DNA of 63,554 nucleotides, filler included, from Hausera hauseri (GCA_046269625.1; 11 parts of 11 records of this genome joined end to end with filler, not necessarily neighbours in it), one strand, 5' to 3'. Shown: positions 46,900 through 60,228, counted from the first letter of the whole stretch. Notes: generated by a model from the letters alone, not told the origin. Numbers and translations are program-made.

Positions 46900-49800
46900 A
46901 AGAAAAACCAGTATCCCTCAACAATCAGGAAACGTCAGGCCTCAACAAGTCTTGACGACTTAATCCGAAACAGTACCGAACAGCAGCAACAGCAGGAGCA
47001 GATGCAACAGCAGGAATGTTCCATTACTGTTAAGTGCGATCTAAACAAACCGTACGTGGACGTGAAAGTAAGCATGTCGAGGACAACAACAGTACAGCTG
47101 AGGCATGTTCCGTCCAGTGTGTGCAGCCGGTTGGATTTAGAGGTGGAGAAATTCAAACTCAAAAACTGCAAAGTGCAATAGTATGCACTTGCAGAATATA
47201 AAAACTTTGAAGGTGGCAGGAAACAATGGTACCTGCCACATTGAGCTGTACCGTATTCGGAAGATTTTATTGCCGATGTAGGCGAAAAGTTGGATGAGAA
47301 AATTGCCAACTATACCGAAAGGGTAGTGGATGGTAAATTATACGAATTGTCACACTCGGCTTTATCATAACAAAGTCGAGTGACGTGGTATATTTGTCTG
47401 GACGATCATTCACACCGACACCTGCATCTCTAAAGCAGTCTCTGGCGGTAGTGAATATACAAAATACTGACGATGACGACGAATACTGTTTTCTGTACAT
47501 TATTCTGGCTGTATTGAAATAAAGCGAAGTGAGGAGATATCACGGAAATCATCTAAATCAGAACCGGCAGTATTATTCCGAATTGCAATATGATGAATTC
47601 TGGATGTCGATGAAACTAAAAACCATTCGGGCTTTTGAACGGCGTAATCCGACGCTGTCAATCAACGTTTTCCGGTATAATACAATAGTTGAAATACCAG
47701 AAGACGAAGAAATTTATAAGAACCCCCATGTGGACATAATTTATTGTAGTCGGAACCCGAATGGACGCTCGGTAAATTTGTTGCTGTTGGAGCAGGCCGA
47801 AAAATTTCATTACGTGGCAGTGACAAATCTGGATAGACCGTTGAACATGGATCATGACCAGTTCATCAAAAAGCGAATACGATGCAAATGGTGTCTTGTA
47901 TGTCTGCATGGATTCAGATTGGGAACAACGTGGGAGAAGTATGTCACGCTATAAAGGTAAAACGTATCAGGGACAAGAATGTACGTCATGCCCGTCAAAA
48001 AGGCGCTCAGATTCAGTTATTGGTCTAAAACTGACAGTGCGGCATATGTGGTTTATGCCAATATGGAAGCAATTCTACCACAGTACACTGTATACGATCA
48101 AATGCATGTTCTAATTGCCGTCAGTATGTTGCTAGTACCAATAAAAGCCGCCGCACAACCACTCTATTACGTTTTCCATTGTTGGAACTGTGTTTGTGAT
48201 TTCTAGCAGCAGTTGGAAACCATAGTGGAAAAGGAAATCGCGCCTTGGTATAGCAACAATTGCAATAAGCCATTGATTTACACAAACGAATATCAACCGT
48301 TGCCTTTCGCTGTCATCGATGAATGCTATGCATGCCACAAAATAATACCGTTTGATGCACAGGAACGGCTTGTACCGTATCACGACCATTTCACCGGTCG
48401 ATACTTGGGAGCAGCATGCAATTCATGCAATTTAGCAAGCCGAGTGCGACCATTTCTGCCGGTGCTCCTTCATAATTTCCAAGGTTGACTGTCACAATAT
48501 TCTCAAATGGGCCATTAACGGCTTTCCGCACTGGAACTGTCCATAATCCCAACGACAATGGAGAAATACCTATTGCTGTCGGTACGAGTAAACCGATTCC
48601 AGGTACGCTTCCTTGATTCACTGCAACTTCTCAGTGAATCATTGGCAAAGCAGGTAAAGGCTTCTGCAGATGTGCCAATAGCAGAGACGCAGTTCCTTGC
48701 ACACATTTCACGCAGCAAAAGCATATTTCCATATGAATTTTCAACATCATATGAGCTTCTCCGGACAGCACAAGAATTATCGCCGTGATGGACAGGTATG
48801 GCAGAAGATGAATATCGAAGAGCACAAGAATATTGGACAAAACTGGGCTGTAGAAACATGTTGGATTACATGCTCCAGTATCTTAAACTGGACGTGCACT
48901 TATTAACCGATGTGTTCGAAGCATTTCGGACCAAAGTGCTGGCGGAAGATAGGTTGGAGCTACTCAACTTTTACTCCATACCGGGCGTCAGCTCTAATTT
49001 CACTGGATCGAGACATTGACAGCTGCAAGACTCAGAAACGTACCGAATGTTGATGTTGGTATTCGCGGCGACACGACATTTGTCAACAATAATCAGGTCA
49101 GTGCTACCGATATTATATCACTGCTGTATATTGATATTAATAATCTGTTAGGCGGGGCGCTTTCGCAACCCTTGCCGTGCGATTCATTTGAATGGGTAGT
49201 TGACAATTAAGATCTGAATGACATAATGGTCAACCTACCATGAACAAACATGGCTGGCTCAATCGGATACCTGATGTAGGTCGATCTCGAGATACCAGAT
49301 GAGATGCATAATATTTTGGACCATTTACCGGTCGCCCCATTTAACCAATGCCCGCCAGGCTCAAAAGTGAAGAAACTGCCCATGACGCATGAACCGAAGC
49401 TGAATTACGTGCTCCACTGGCGTCTGCTACAGTTCTACATGCAGCTCGGTGTACGCGTCACACAGCTGCATCGTGCAATCCGATTTGCTCAGGTTCCTAT
49501 ATTGAAGGCGTATATAGATGGAAATTCGGATAAACGAGCCGCAGCTTTTACAAAGTTCGAAAAGGACTACTACAAGCTGAAAAACAATTCCATGTACTGA
49601 AAAACAGTGGAGAATCTAAAAAAGCGGCTGAATGTGCGCCTATGTAACTCCGAAAAGTAGCTGGTTACATATACCAGCAAGGCACAGTTTCGGTGGTCAA
49701 TGCACATTGTTGATGGATTGGTTGCGGTGCTGCTAAACATGTAATAAGTCCTTCTGGACCGGAAAAGTTACATCGGACAAGTGGTATTGGATCTGAGAAA

Positions 49801-50308
49801 GTTGCGGATGTATGAGCGTCAATAATGCGACTTGGCACGTTACCGGCAATATTCACATAATTGCCGGTGACACAGACAGTTTTTTGCTCCTGCTGAAAAA
49901 CGTCAATGGGGAACAGCTACTGCAACAAATGCAGTCAGGTAGATTACTGGACACGTCCAACTACTCACCAGATCATCCGTTATACAGCAGCGCGATCACC
50001 AAAAAATCGGCTGCTTCAAGGATGAAAGTGAAGGTCGTGTCAGTCTTCTGACGGACTGTGGACCGAAAATGCGAATAAAAGAAGTCCAGTTGAGATAGAC
50101 GGAAATCGGTCCCAGTGATTATCGCCGTATATATGAAGCAGCATCAGCAGCAGAAGGAGGACAATCAGTGCCTGTTGTGTCTCAAACGATCATCCGATCA
50201 ATTAAGTATCAGCTGCATACAATAACTAGTGCGAAAGTCGCTTTGTCATGTAACGGTGATAAGCGAAAGTGGGTGGGGCGAAATAAGAGTTGGGCGTATG
50301 GGCATTAG
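46900..50308 (+). pseudogene. Protein-primed PolB of a Polinton/adintovirus, full length but with many stops and frameshifts
   Basis: KGSGW, VVNIQNTD..YCF, HDHFTGRYLGAACNSCNL, FLDSLQLL, YLKLDVHLLTDVFE, YIDINNL, KLKNNSMY*KTVEN, IAGDTDSF, DKR..AYGH. Confidence 0.92.
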
Positions 50309-50614
50309 AGGTTGAACTAAACACGCTCAGTGGTGTCAGATCAGATAAGATACAGACAATTCAATCTGGTCTGGATATTGTGACAAATATTGACAATTAT
50401 CTTTTGTATATTGTTTTGTTTCAATGTTAATAAGGTTCTTTGTTCAGAGTCTTGTGTTTTGTTTTCGGTTACTTACTTAACCCATTATTATTAAGTAAGA
50501 TAGAAGTAAAAGTAAAACAATAACCTTATACAAGAAAACAAAATATGTAACAAGAATACATTTATTTATTGATAGGAGAAAAATTGAAATCACAAAACTC
50601 ACAAAGTAAGTCAG

Positions 50615-50869
50615 TTAAATTATATTAAACTTCCCCATTTTCCATATTGGGGATTTGACGCCACTCCTTTCCTTGAATCCTTTAAACTTCAGTGTCAGGT
50701 AGCCTTTAGTTCCTTCCGGTGGCAAAACTGCCTCTGCTCTATTTCCGCCATGTAAATTGACAATTTTTGCCATATTTCCTTTGAGAAAAATTGATGATGT
50801 ATCTCGGATATCGTTACTCAACACCAAATCACTGTCGACTTTTTTAATTGTGTTTTCCATTTTATCCAA
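50615..50869 (-). CDS. Hypothetical ORF convergent on PolB (element-associated)
   Basis: Open frame with coding-like composition; no recognisable motif. Confidence 0.3.
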   Translation of the reverse strand: MDKMENTIKKVDSDLVLSNDIRDTSSIFLKGNMAKIVNLHGGNRAEAVLPPEGTKGYLTLKFKGFKERSGVKSPIWKMGKFNII

Positions 50870-51384
50870 CTCATTGTTGTTGATCTCTTGTCACAAATAG
50901 ACCATATTTCACCCGCTTGATTTTGACCGTTTGCGTCAATGGCAATTGAATAGCGTTGCGCAGATAATCTAAGTTTTATCCATTATACAACTGGGAATTT
51001 CTGAGCGAATATTTGCAGTACGGCGGCTTTTTGAGAGACTCGCGGAACACTCACCTGCTGAATTGNNNNNNNNNNNNNNNNNNNNNNNNNNNNNNNNNNN
51101 NNNNNNNNNTTAATTAATTAANNNNNNNNNNNNNNNNNNNNNNNNNNNNNNNNNNNNNNNNNNNNGTTGCTAGTCGAGGCTTTCAATAGATGATTGTTCC
51201 TTACCAAGAAAAGTTCAGCTATCTTTGTAAAATCCCAACTTAATAGTCAATAAATCCCAAGTTTCTTTCTTCTCTCTAAATGGCATTCAGACAGGCACTG
51301 GATATAATATTCTACATTTCTCTACAGGCAAGCAAATTCTTTTGTCCTTTTTCTGAACATACAACAATTTGTGTCTCTCTCCAG

Positions 51385-51863
51385 AAGTGGCTACGATGAA
51401 GCTTTCATGGCACAGTTGGAGGGGAACCTGAATCCTTTCTTTCAGGCCATGTGCCGAGCTCAGACCCTGCAGATCCCTCACAAACGCAGCAGCATGGTGA
51501 GCCTGGACAGCATCCGCAGAGACCCCCGCTGGAGAGACCCCAACCTGCACGAGGTGATCGCCATGCTCCGGCACCCAATGGACCCCGTCAAGTCCAACGC
51601 CGCCGCCTACCTACAGCACCTCTGCTACGAGAATGACAAAATTAAGAAGGACGTCCGCCAGCTGAAGGGGATTCCCGTTCTGGTCAGCCTTTTGGATCAC
51701 CCCAAATCTGAAGTGCACCGCAAAGCCTGCGGCGCACTTCGGAACATCTCCTACGGCAAGGACAATGAAAACAAGGTGGCCATCAAGAACTGTGATGGCA
51801 TTCCGGCCCTCATCCGTCTGCTGAGGAAGACCAAAGACATGGAGGTCCGAGAACTCATCGCCG
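51385..51863 (+). CDS. arvcf: Internal exon of a vertebrate (teleost-like) ARVCF/p120-catenin family gene
   Basis: [64 protein letters not shown]. Acceptor ctctctccag, donor gtaag, GC3-rich codons. Confidence 0.85.
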
Positions 51864-52129
51864 GTAAGATGAACATTTCCCAATAAAATGAAACGTTTCG
51901 AGCTTTACATCATGCTACAATGTTATTAATCAAAAACATACCTAAAGTTTAACATACCTAAAGACTTACCTAAAGTTTTCAAAATATTAATTATTTACGA
52001 AGAGCTTGACCCTACTGTATCATACGTTTTTACGTAAAACTTTAACTGCAAAGTTTTCTGATGAAAATTAGTTACAGTTCGTCCAACAAAATTATCGTCA
52101 GTTACCAAAATAAACATTTTTCGGAATAA

Positions 52130-52630
52130 TTAATGTCTGTTGCACATTCCTTTGACAGGAAAAGGGGAAGTGGAAAGAAGCCCGTTTTAACAACAACCAA
52201 CAGCGGCACAAGTAAGCAAAAGTACCGTAGTTTCGACTCTGTCGGACTTTGGTATAAAGAAATGGAAGCCCCTAAGAAAATCACGGTTAACACCAGCACA
52301 AGTTTAAAAGAGACGGGAATTTTGGAAAACTTACAGGCATTTTATAGCGGAGAATTGGGGGCACGTGATTTTCTCTGATGAGAAAAAGTTTAACCTTTAT
52401 TGTAATGACAGTTACTTGAGGTTTTGGATAGGAGATGATGAAAAATTAAATGTGGATTGTATTAGTATGACCGAAAAATATTCTGTAAGTGTTATGATGT
52501 GGGTATGCTTTACTAGGAAGGGGGTTGGGCGTCTTCATTTGTGTGAGGGATCTGTAAATTCAGATGCATACATCAACATTCTGAATACTAGACTACTGCC
52601 ATCCGCATCTGATTTTTTAGTGGTCAGGAC
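52130..52630 (+). pseudogene. Tc1-family transposase remnant
   Basis: RKRGSGKKP, IFSDEKKFNL, SVMMWVCFTRKGVGRL..GSVNSDAYINIL..LLPS. Confidence 0.85.
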
Positions 52631-53659
52631 AAGAAACATTCCAAAACTGCAACAAACCAAATTGACGGCAATTTTACCACAACGTCAATTGATTTATTAA
52701 AAAGATTACTAAATCTTTAGAAAATTTTGATTTAGAATTTAAAATATTTTTAATTCCATTAAATGTACAAATAGTTTTCTGACGCGAGTAATGGCGATAA
52801 TGATTCCGGTAATTATGATCATCGTTTCTGTGGCAGCGATTTTCATTTAATACGCACGTCTCCGTAATATTGGATATTAATACTGCTTAAGAACTTAATG
52901 AGACTGGACAGGCGTTATCCGACACTTGAATGTGTTGTTTGTACTCGGTATCGGTTAACTGATTTAATACAATTACACTGTTTGTTGAATTTAGATTAAA
53001 AAATTTTGATGAGATCATTGTTAAATTAGTTTGGTATAAAAGTGTATTGAATTTCGCTGTTTTCATCAGTAATCTGGATTGTAACATTGGTCTTTGCAAC
53101 ACTAGTGGTCACATTCTTTGTTTGCCGTAACGGCTACTTTTGACCGACCGCCAACCAAACTCAGACTGGCAGGCGAAGGCTGGGACGAATGGCACACCGG
53201 TCCAGCGGCACCAAATGATAAACCGGTTGCCAAAGTGATGGTGACGCCCTTAATCGCGGCACAATGACGTACTTTTGTCAATACATTGTTTTAATTTCTC
53301 CGTTAAATCTTAATTCTGTTTATGCTTCATTATTACATCAAATCGATTTAAAAGTTTGTCAGTTTTTCATTTGAAGAAATGAAAAGTAAATATGTACATT
53401 CAGCTATTCAGTAAGTCTATTTCACCGATAGCTTTCGGGTTGATACTGTCCGATACATACAAATTTATCGCCCACTATTGGATCGGTTGCTAATGGTACA
53501 AGCAAAATCAAAACCAAGTTCTGTTCGCTTCACAACAAAAAAGCAAATCAAATACACACGACCTAGTTCCGAATAAATCTGCAAATTGAAACTGAAAAAA
53601 AATTCTTCAAAATGGAGAAACAAGATTCAAATTGTGATTTATTTTAAACAAAAAAAAAT

Positions 53660-54350
53660 TTACACTTTAAAATGATCGCTACATGCAGTGATCATCAAAT
53701 TAATGTCGTTGAGAATTCTATCGAAACAAATTAGCGTAGAAAATGACGGCGTCTTCATTCTGTATAATTTGGAGATCATGTGAGCAACGAATAAGGCGTC
53801 ATTCGATGAAAAAGAAACACGGGTAAACACGCACAACTCAATGAAGCGGTTCATCACAATGGCTTTTGCCGATTCGGCTGGCGTTTTACAACCATTTCGA
53901 TTTCACCGCATTCAGCCAATAATCCAGCATTTTCACGTGCTGTTTACTTCGTTTCTGTTCCTCTTTCAATCGCTCAAAGTATTAAACCGATCTACTTCTT
54001 TCGGTCGTAAGAATGAATTCATTCTCTGATCGTTTTCCGTTTGTCGAATCAGTGAACGTAAATAAGTCTCTTGTCGTTTGTAGGCGGCATCCGGAACAAT
54101 TAAATCGCTAGTCTGAAGCAGCCAGGAAGTGGTGTAGAAGGAAGAATTGAAATCATCCCAAATTTCCTGAGAAATACATGGGGCGACCTCAGAAACATAC
54201 TCCTCAACGGTTTCCTGGCAAGCATTAGAGAATAATTCTAGCTCTTGATTTTCTGATAAATCTGTAGTTTCCGCTTTCTTCAATTTGAATTTCTACTGGA
54301 CACGGTAATTAAAATTCGCCATGTTCAAGTTAAATGCCACATCGAGTGTC
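53660..54350 (-). pseudogene. THOC2: THO complex subunit 2-like fragment, intronless, disrupted
   Basis: IWDDFNSSFYTTSWLLQTSDLIVPDAAY and RFIELCVFTRVSFSSNDALF..KTPSFSTLICFDRILNDI resemble THOC2 as I recall it (VWDDISPQFYATFW, KFLQLCIFPRCIFSAIDA, KTPNFSTLLCYDRVFSDI). Confidence 0.75.
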
Positions 54351-54931
54351 ACTTTGAAATCATTGAATAATTCCGATATCGTTGTACTCGATTGTGCGAT
54401 TGGGTTTTCGGTTGATTGTCTCGAGATGCGGGAGCGGAATTGATGCTTAATTCTGGAAGACTAGAAGGAGAAATTGAAGTAGTATCCGTGGCTTTAAATT
54501 GCGCTTTATCGTTTTCTCTTGATAGAGACGAGTGATGCAAATTTCTGCTGATACCGTCATTGCCCAATTGATTTGATGGTAAGTTCGCAAAACATTTGTC
54601 GCTGGAATTTGTATCGAAAATCATGTTTCTGTTGGAAAATTGCGTGACTAAATCAAAGTGAAGATATTTGCCTTTTTCCGTGAATGTTGAAACAGCCGAC
54701 AAATTATTTTTAATTCTTTAAAGAAACGTTGATTCTGAGGTAGTTAAGGATTTTACTGGACTTTTATTTGAAATTATGCAATAGTAATGAGAAGGGAGTG
54801 AGATATTACCACCATCAAAATGCTTATAGTATTGAGAGATAGCAAAAAAGAGAGTGAGACAAAGGGGTAGAGACATAGAGAGATATTCGATAATCTTCTC
54901 GTCCAATCCGAGAGATTAAATTCTTAAAACG

Positions 54932-55056
54932 GAGAGTCGGACCCGACTGTGGTGCCCACAGCGGCCGGTGTCCTTTGGCCCATTTGGTTGGGCACGGCCG
55001 GGCGTCAGTTGCCCCCGCGTCGGGCCCATAGTCGGGCCCCGATATTCCGACTCTGA
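54932..55056. mobile_element. GC-rich MITE-like palindromic element
   Basis: agagtcgga..cccgactgtgg versus ccatagtcggg..tccgactct inverted ends in an AT-rich context. Confidence 0.5.
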
Positions 55057-55236
55057 CAAATTTCCTGGGCCATATACTCTCCAGTTACGATCACGCATCA
55101 GAACAGAGAGATGAAATTTTGTCAAAAATTAATACCGGAATCAAGGGTTCAAGTGTAGTTCAACAATCGTAGAGCAAAAGAAAGGCAGAAAATAAAGAGA
55201 GACCTATTGGAAATTTATCATCACAATTAACCAGTT

Positions 55237-57237
55237 ATGGGAACTCAAATTTGCGTTCATCTACCATATCAGCAGGAAGAATGTCCAACTTTTCTTTTAT
55301 GTTACAGTTTAACTTATTTAGTTTCTTCGGCGAGCCCTTCGATTGCAAATCTGGATAATGTACCGCCTGTTGTCCAAAATCTGTTGAATAATCCCCAATG
55401 TAGTACAACATCCATATTACATAATTTCGGCATTCCACAGAATTCTAGTTTTGATTTCAACTATCATGTAAATACTTCAACTCAGGTGCTTGTAAATAGT
55501 TATCCACAAAACACCGAATCAATCCAAACTATCACAAATTATTTATTTCCCAGGGAAGATGGTCCGATTTGTTCTAACTTCAGCTCTGCATCAATCGAAA
55601 ACGATCAAGAATCGAAATCGACTGGCCGTCAAGCAACCCATAATTGTTCAAATGATGAACAGTTACAAACTGCTATAAAACTGAAAGACGAGGAAATCGA
55701 ATCTCTTCAATACCAGCTACAACATGAATCCGCAAATTCCCAATCACTATTAAACGAACAAATAATCAACACTATTCAGTCTAAAAATCGTGAAATTTCA
55801 TCATTGAAAGAAGAACTGAACAGTCTTCAGAAAATTTATAATGAATTAGCTGATCAGTTGGATAGTGTTTCAGTGGATAAATATAGTGTTCACAAGAGAC
55901 GGGTGAAACGGTTGAATATTAATTAATTTCTGAAGGAACGTAATGAATATCGAAAAATCAAAGTAGACCACGGAATTCAGTTGTTCTGTGTTCTTTGTCA
56001 AAATGACGAACAAACCGACAACAGTGCTGCACGATTTACGACACGTAAATTTACCGGTATTGACGCAATGTACATGGAAATTGGAAGTATCAACCATTGG
56101 ACAAAGTTACGAGATACTTTGCTTCATCATTCCGATTTACACAAATTAAGCAAAAATACACCGGCCATTGAAAAAATCGTGAATGTAGCATTGTCCGTCG
56201 TAAAATCGAACTGTCATTCTGAGGATTTCTTCAATTGGTTAAGGGTTTTAAAAAGCCTTGGCGTTGATTTCGGCAATGAATGTTATCGAAATGTGGATTT
56301 CCATAAAATTCTATCGGGAATGCGATCGTTTTCCAAGAACATTTTGACGAAATATCTACAAACGCCATTGAAATGTTCGAGAAAAAAGCCGCATTTCAGT
56401 GTTGCGGTAGATTGGTTTGAATGTTATAATGAAACATTTCAAGTGATCTTTGTCATTCTGAATATCAGTGGTAACCGACGAGCCATTCCTATTGATTGTC
56501 AACTGGTGTCGTCGAATGATGTTGCCGACGAAAGTTTGGATTCCAACGTTAACGATCAAGCAAACATCTTTTTTAAATCATTACAAACCGAATTGCGCCT
56601 GATCGACGATGATTTCTGTCGAATAACGTACTTGTATACCAACACAAGATGTCCGGAATTGCATTTACGTCTTAAGAAACGACTACATATGTCCGACGAC
56701 AATTATTTTTTCAATTTATTTAACGATTCTGATTGGATTGATTCCAACGTTAAAGACGTTTTGCAGTCGTTGAACTTTTTCACGTTGTTTTTAAATCGTT
56801 GTTCGTACATTCGAACGAGATTTAAAAATGCGAAAAAATTAGATTTGCCGATAACATTGGAAAGTGGCGAAATAGGCGAACAGACGAACTGTTCGAAATC
56901 GCGGTTTTGTTCGAACCTGTTGAAAGAATTGAGATATTGCTTTAAAAACTATTCCACAGTACTTTCGTCAAATGTCAAAGGTGAACCGGTGACAACCGAC
57001 GAAATAAACGCCGAAACGGTTTATTCGGTTCGCGATAAAGATTTCGTGTGGGATTTTTGCGTGTTGAGCGACATTTTAACACCGATTACGGAAGTCATTG
57101 ACATTTTACAATCGGGAAATATTGCTCCATGGAAAGTTACAAAGTGGCTTCCGAAACTCTTTCGCATTCTCCAGGAAATGGAAGACAATCTGAAGATGAG
57201 TTTGTCGAAAGGCAATGCCCCGCCGTGTCACCTGTTT
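55237..57237 (+). CDS. hAT-like transposase-derived gene (coiled-coil N-part 55237-55926; core 55981 to the contig end)
   Basis: FCVLC..H..LH zinc-finger-like motif, KPHFSVAVD first catalytic strand, SRF, and DF...LSDILTPI..LQ helix typical of hAT-derived proteins. Confidence 0.5.
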
Positions 57238-57479
57238 NNNNNNNNNNNNNNNNNNNNNNNNNNNNNNNNNNNNNNNNNNNNTTAATTAATTAANNNNNNN
57301 NNNNNNNNNNNNNNNNNNNNNNNNNNNNNNNNNNNNNACATACTATCTATTGCAAATCCTGTTAAAATCAGCATCTTACGATATTTAGATGTACCATTTG
57401 TGAAATAGTAATTGAAAAATCTTCTATAATATACCTATAATAAACTTGATGTTACATAACTTAAAGTACGGTAATGTGG

Positions 57480-57745
57480 TAAAACAAAGTAATTTTTTAA
57501 AAAATATAGTACATTTCAGTATATTTCAGATCGTTAGAGCGATTGTCTTCAACAAGGTACATATGTTGTAAATATCCATACTGCTAGTCTGCCAGGTGAA
57601 CAAGCTATTGATGTACGATCGGAAATTATTTGAGTTTTCGACCCGCTTGGAATGTATTACCGTGATGCTTTGGTGTCAAAATTAGACCGAATGCCAATAC
57701 CGCACACTGTGGAAACTGTGGTAATGCATGGCTTACTGAACAATA
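57480..57745 (+). pseudogene. Adenain-like cysteine protease remnant (Polinton/adintovirus)
   Basis: YVVNIHTASLPGEQ..VFDPLG..HCG matches the IVN.D....PGEHW..FDS.G..CG pattern. Confidence 0.6.
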
Positions 57746-58625
57746 AAAAATGTGTGTTGGACTAATTGGTCAACGTAAAAAAATGTAATTAGTGTAATAA
57801 ATGTTTGTATATTTATGACTTTTGTGTTCTTATTTGATGTATCGTACTCTATTGTCAAAAAAAATATTTTTTACTATTAACGAATTTGTCAATTAAAACC
57901 ATGTAAAAATGACACATTAAAGGAAAACGTAGAACAATACAAAATTTATCTACGAAATATTGAATTTTTGTATCAGTCACTGTCCATTTCTTCATCTCTG
58001 TATATCCACACGTAAGTCTATATAACTTTACATATTCCTAGATATTTCTACATAGCTCAATATACAACTGAATGTCTCAATATAGCCATATACAAATTTT
58101 AACCTATGTATATTCCAAAAACGTGTCTAATTGAGGGGGAAGTTCAAAGCTGAGTTAGACAATCTGGAGGGGCTATTTTACAGGTTCTGTAGTGTTCCAT
58201 TTATTTAAAGAATCCACATCTTTATTATTTCATGCAATGTCTTCATATTGGATATATGAATATTTCTCAACAGATGGGCATCTAAAGAAGACTTTGGTTG
58301 TATTTCATGCATGGTTTGGACGCATTTCATGGTTTGGATTCATGCATACACGTCATATTCACAGATGCATTACTAAAACATCACCTTAGAAATTGACCCA
58401 TAATATTATTCATGACTAAATTTAATACTAAAGATGCGATTAGACATTGTACCTTATCCGTCTAATACTGGACTCATAACATCATTAAATGGGTAATATG
58501 TGGCTAAAATGTTGGTAATATGAGAAAATTATCGATACCATATGAGTAAAATACAGAAATATATGGGCAGTATTGGTAAATACTGGTCATATATAGGAAA
58601 TATATGGAGAAATACATGCCATATC

Positions 58626-59575
58626 AGTAGTGTAAAAATGGGAATTCTGGCCCACCTCCCGGGGGGTGTGCGCGTCGATAAATTGATCGTGCACATGTGC
58701 CAATCGAAAGTGCACAGGAAGCACTATCGATCGGTAGAGAGCTAGGCGACGGTGCCGCTAGACACCGTTGCTAAGGACACTTTTGCACATTTCACAAATC
58801 GATCGCTGCACAGTGCAGTATTGATCAAATTGATCGGGTCAAAGTGCTAGTCGATAGTGCACATCAGTGCGCATCGATTGGTGCACAATGCAAGCGTACA
58901 GCACATGTGCAACTGTACAAAAATCAATAATATCGGATTTCCTATATTCCCTATATTGATTATTGGGGCGCGGTACCAGGTGCAATTAGAAGCACACATG
59001 ATGCACTTTGTGTATGTGCAGTTAGAATTTAAATATGTTGATTGGTTTTCGAATAATTGCGAACTGGGCCAGACTTCCCATAGGCCTTTCCGGTATAAAT
59101 TTAAAATCAATAATATCAATATGGTGCATATACTGGCGGGTACAGTACTTGATGTACTATCGTTCAGATACTCGAGTCAAGTGTGCTCTTTGATACGGTT
59201 GCCAAGGCACTTTTTTACTTTTCACATTTTGGTCCCTCTGTAGCGTAGGATTGATGAAATCTATCGGGGTCAAGTGCAGGTAGATAGAGCACATCGAGAT
59301 GCACCTTCCTGTATACTGTGAAGTGCAAAAACACGTGTGCAAGTGTGCAAAAATCAATAATATGGGATTTCCGATATTTCCAATATTGATGATTAGGACA
59401 TGTAACCGGGTGGGATCGATTGGAAACATGGTGCAGTATATGAATGTGCAGTTAGAATTTAAATTTATCGAGACGATTGCGAATAATATCGATTTAAAGT
59501 GCAACTGAGGGAGAACCCGCATAGGTTTTTTAGGTCATAATGAAGCAAAAATCGATATTATAATTAGCGGGGACA
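58626..59575 (+). repeat. Polinton-type terminus (AGTAGT), hairpin-rich TIR and ~330 bp diverged direct repeat
   Basis: Homologous to the reverse complement of 45662-45807. Repeat copies at ~58820-59145 and ~59250-59575 share aaaatcaataatat.ggatttcc and atgtgcagttagaatttaaat. Confidence 0.75.
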
Positions 59576-60228
59576 GATAGGAAATCGAGTATGGCGATCT
59601 CGAATATCGAGTCAGATATTCGAAAATCGAATATTTTTGGCTCGAATATCGAACTATTCGAAAAATCTAACAGCGGGAATCAATTCATCATATTCGAAAA
59701 CCCCCTTATACATAAAAATTATTCCATGAAAATATACTATATAGGTATAAAATCAAAATTTTGAATTAAGCAAAATCAGCATTTAAAGCCCAGTGAAGCG
59801 GAAATCAATAACTTTATAAGCGGAACTGGATAGGATGTCATGTATTTTAAATCGGCATGTGGCATCAGGTATTCGAATTCGAGCTTAAAAGTCGAATACT
59901 TAGCTATTCAAACTCGAATATTCGGTAAAACATGCATTATTCGAAGAATTTAATGACGTCATTCGATTCCCCATATAGAAAAACCTTAAATTTGGTGCCG
60001 ACACGTATTTAATTTAATTGATGCATTAAAACAAAAGCTCATTAAATCCAATTAATAAACGAGGCAGTGCATGATGATATGGCAATATATTTCATTATTT
60101 CCAAAATCACTTCAAAGAATGGTGAGTTTTTTTAATTGTGCTCCTCAAATAATTGGCTGATTCTTAGATGTGCAAACTTTACAGTGAATGTTTGGCTCAA
60201 ATCCACAAGCCAAAAAATTGCCAGTGTT

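Noticed and set aside
58847-59522. Similar short ORFs on both strands (KINNxGFPIFPIL)
   Set aside because: Explained by the DNA direct repeat; no sign of coding constraint.
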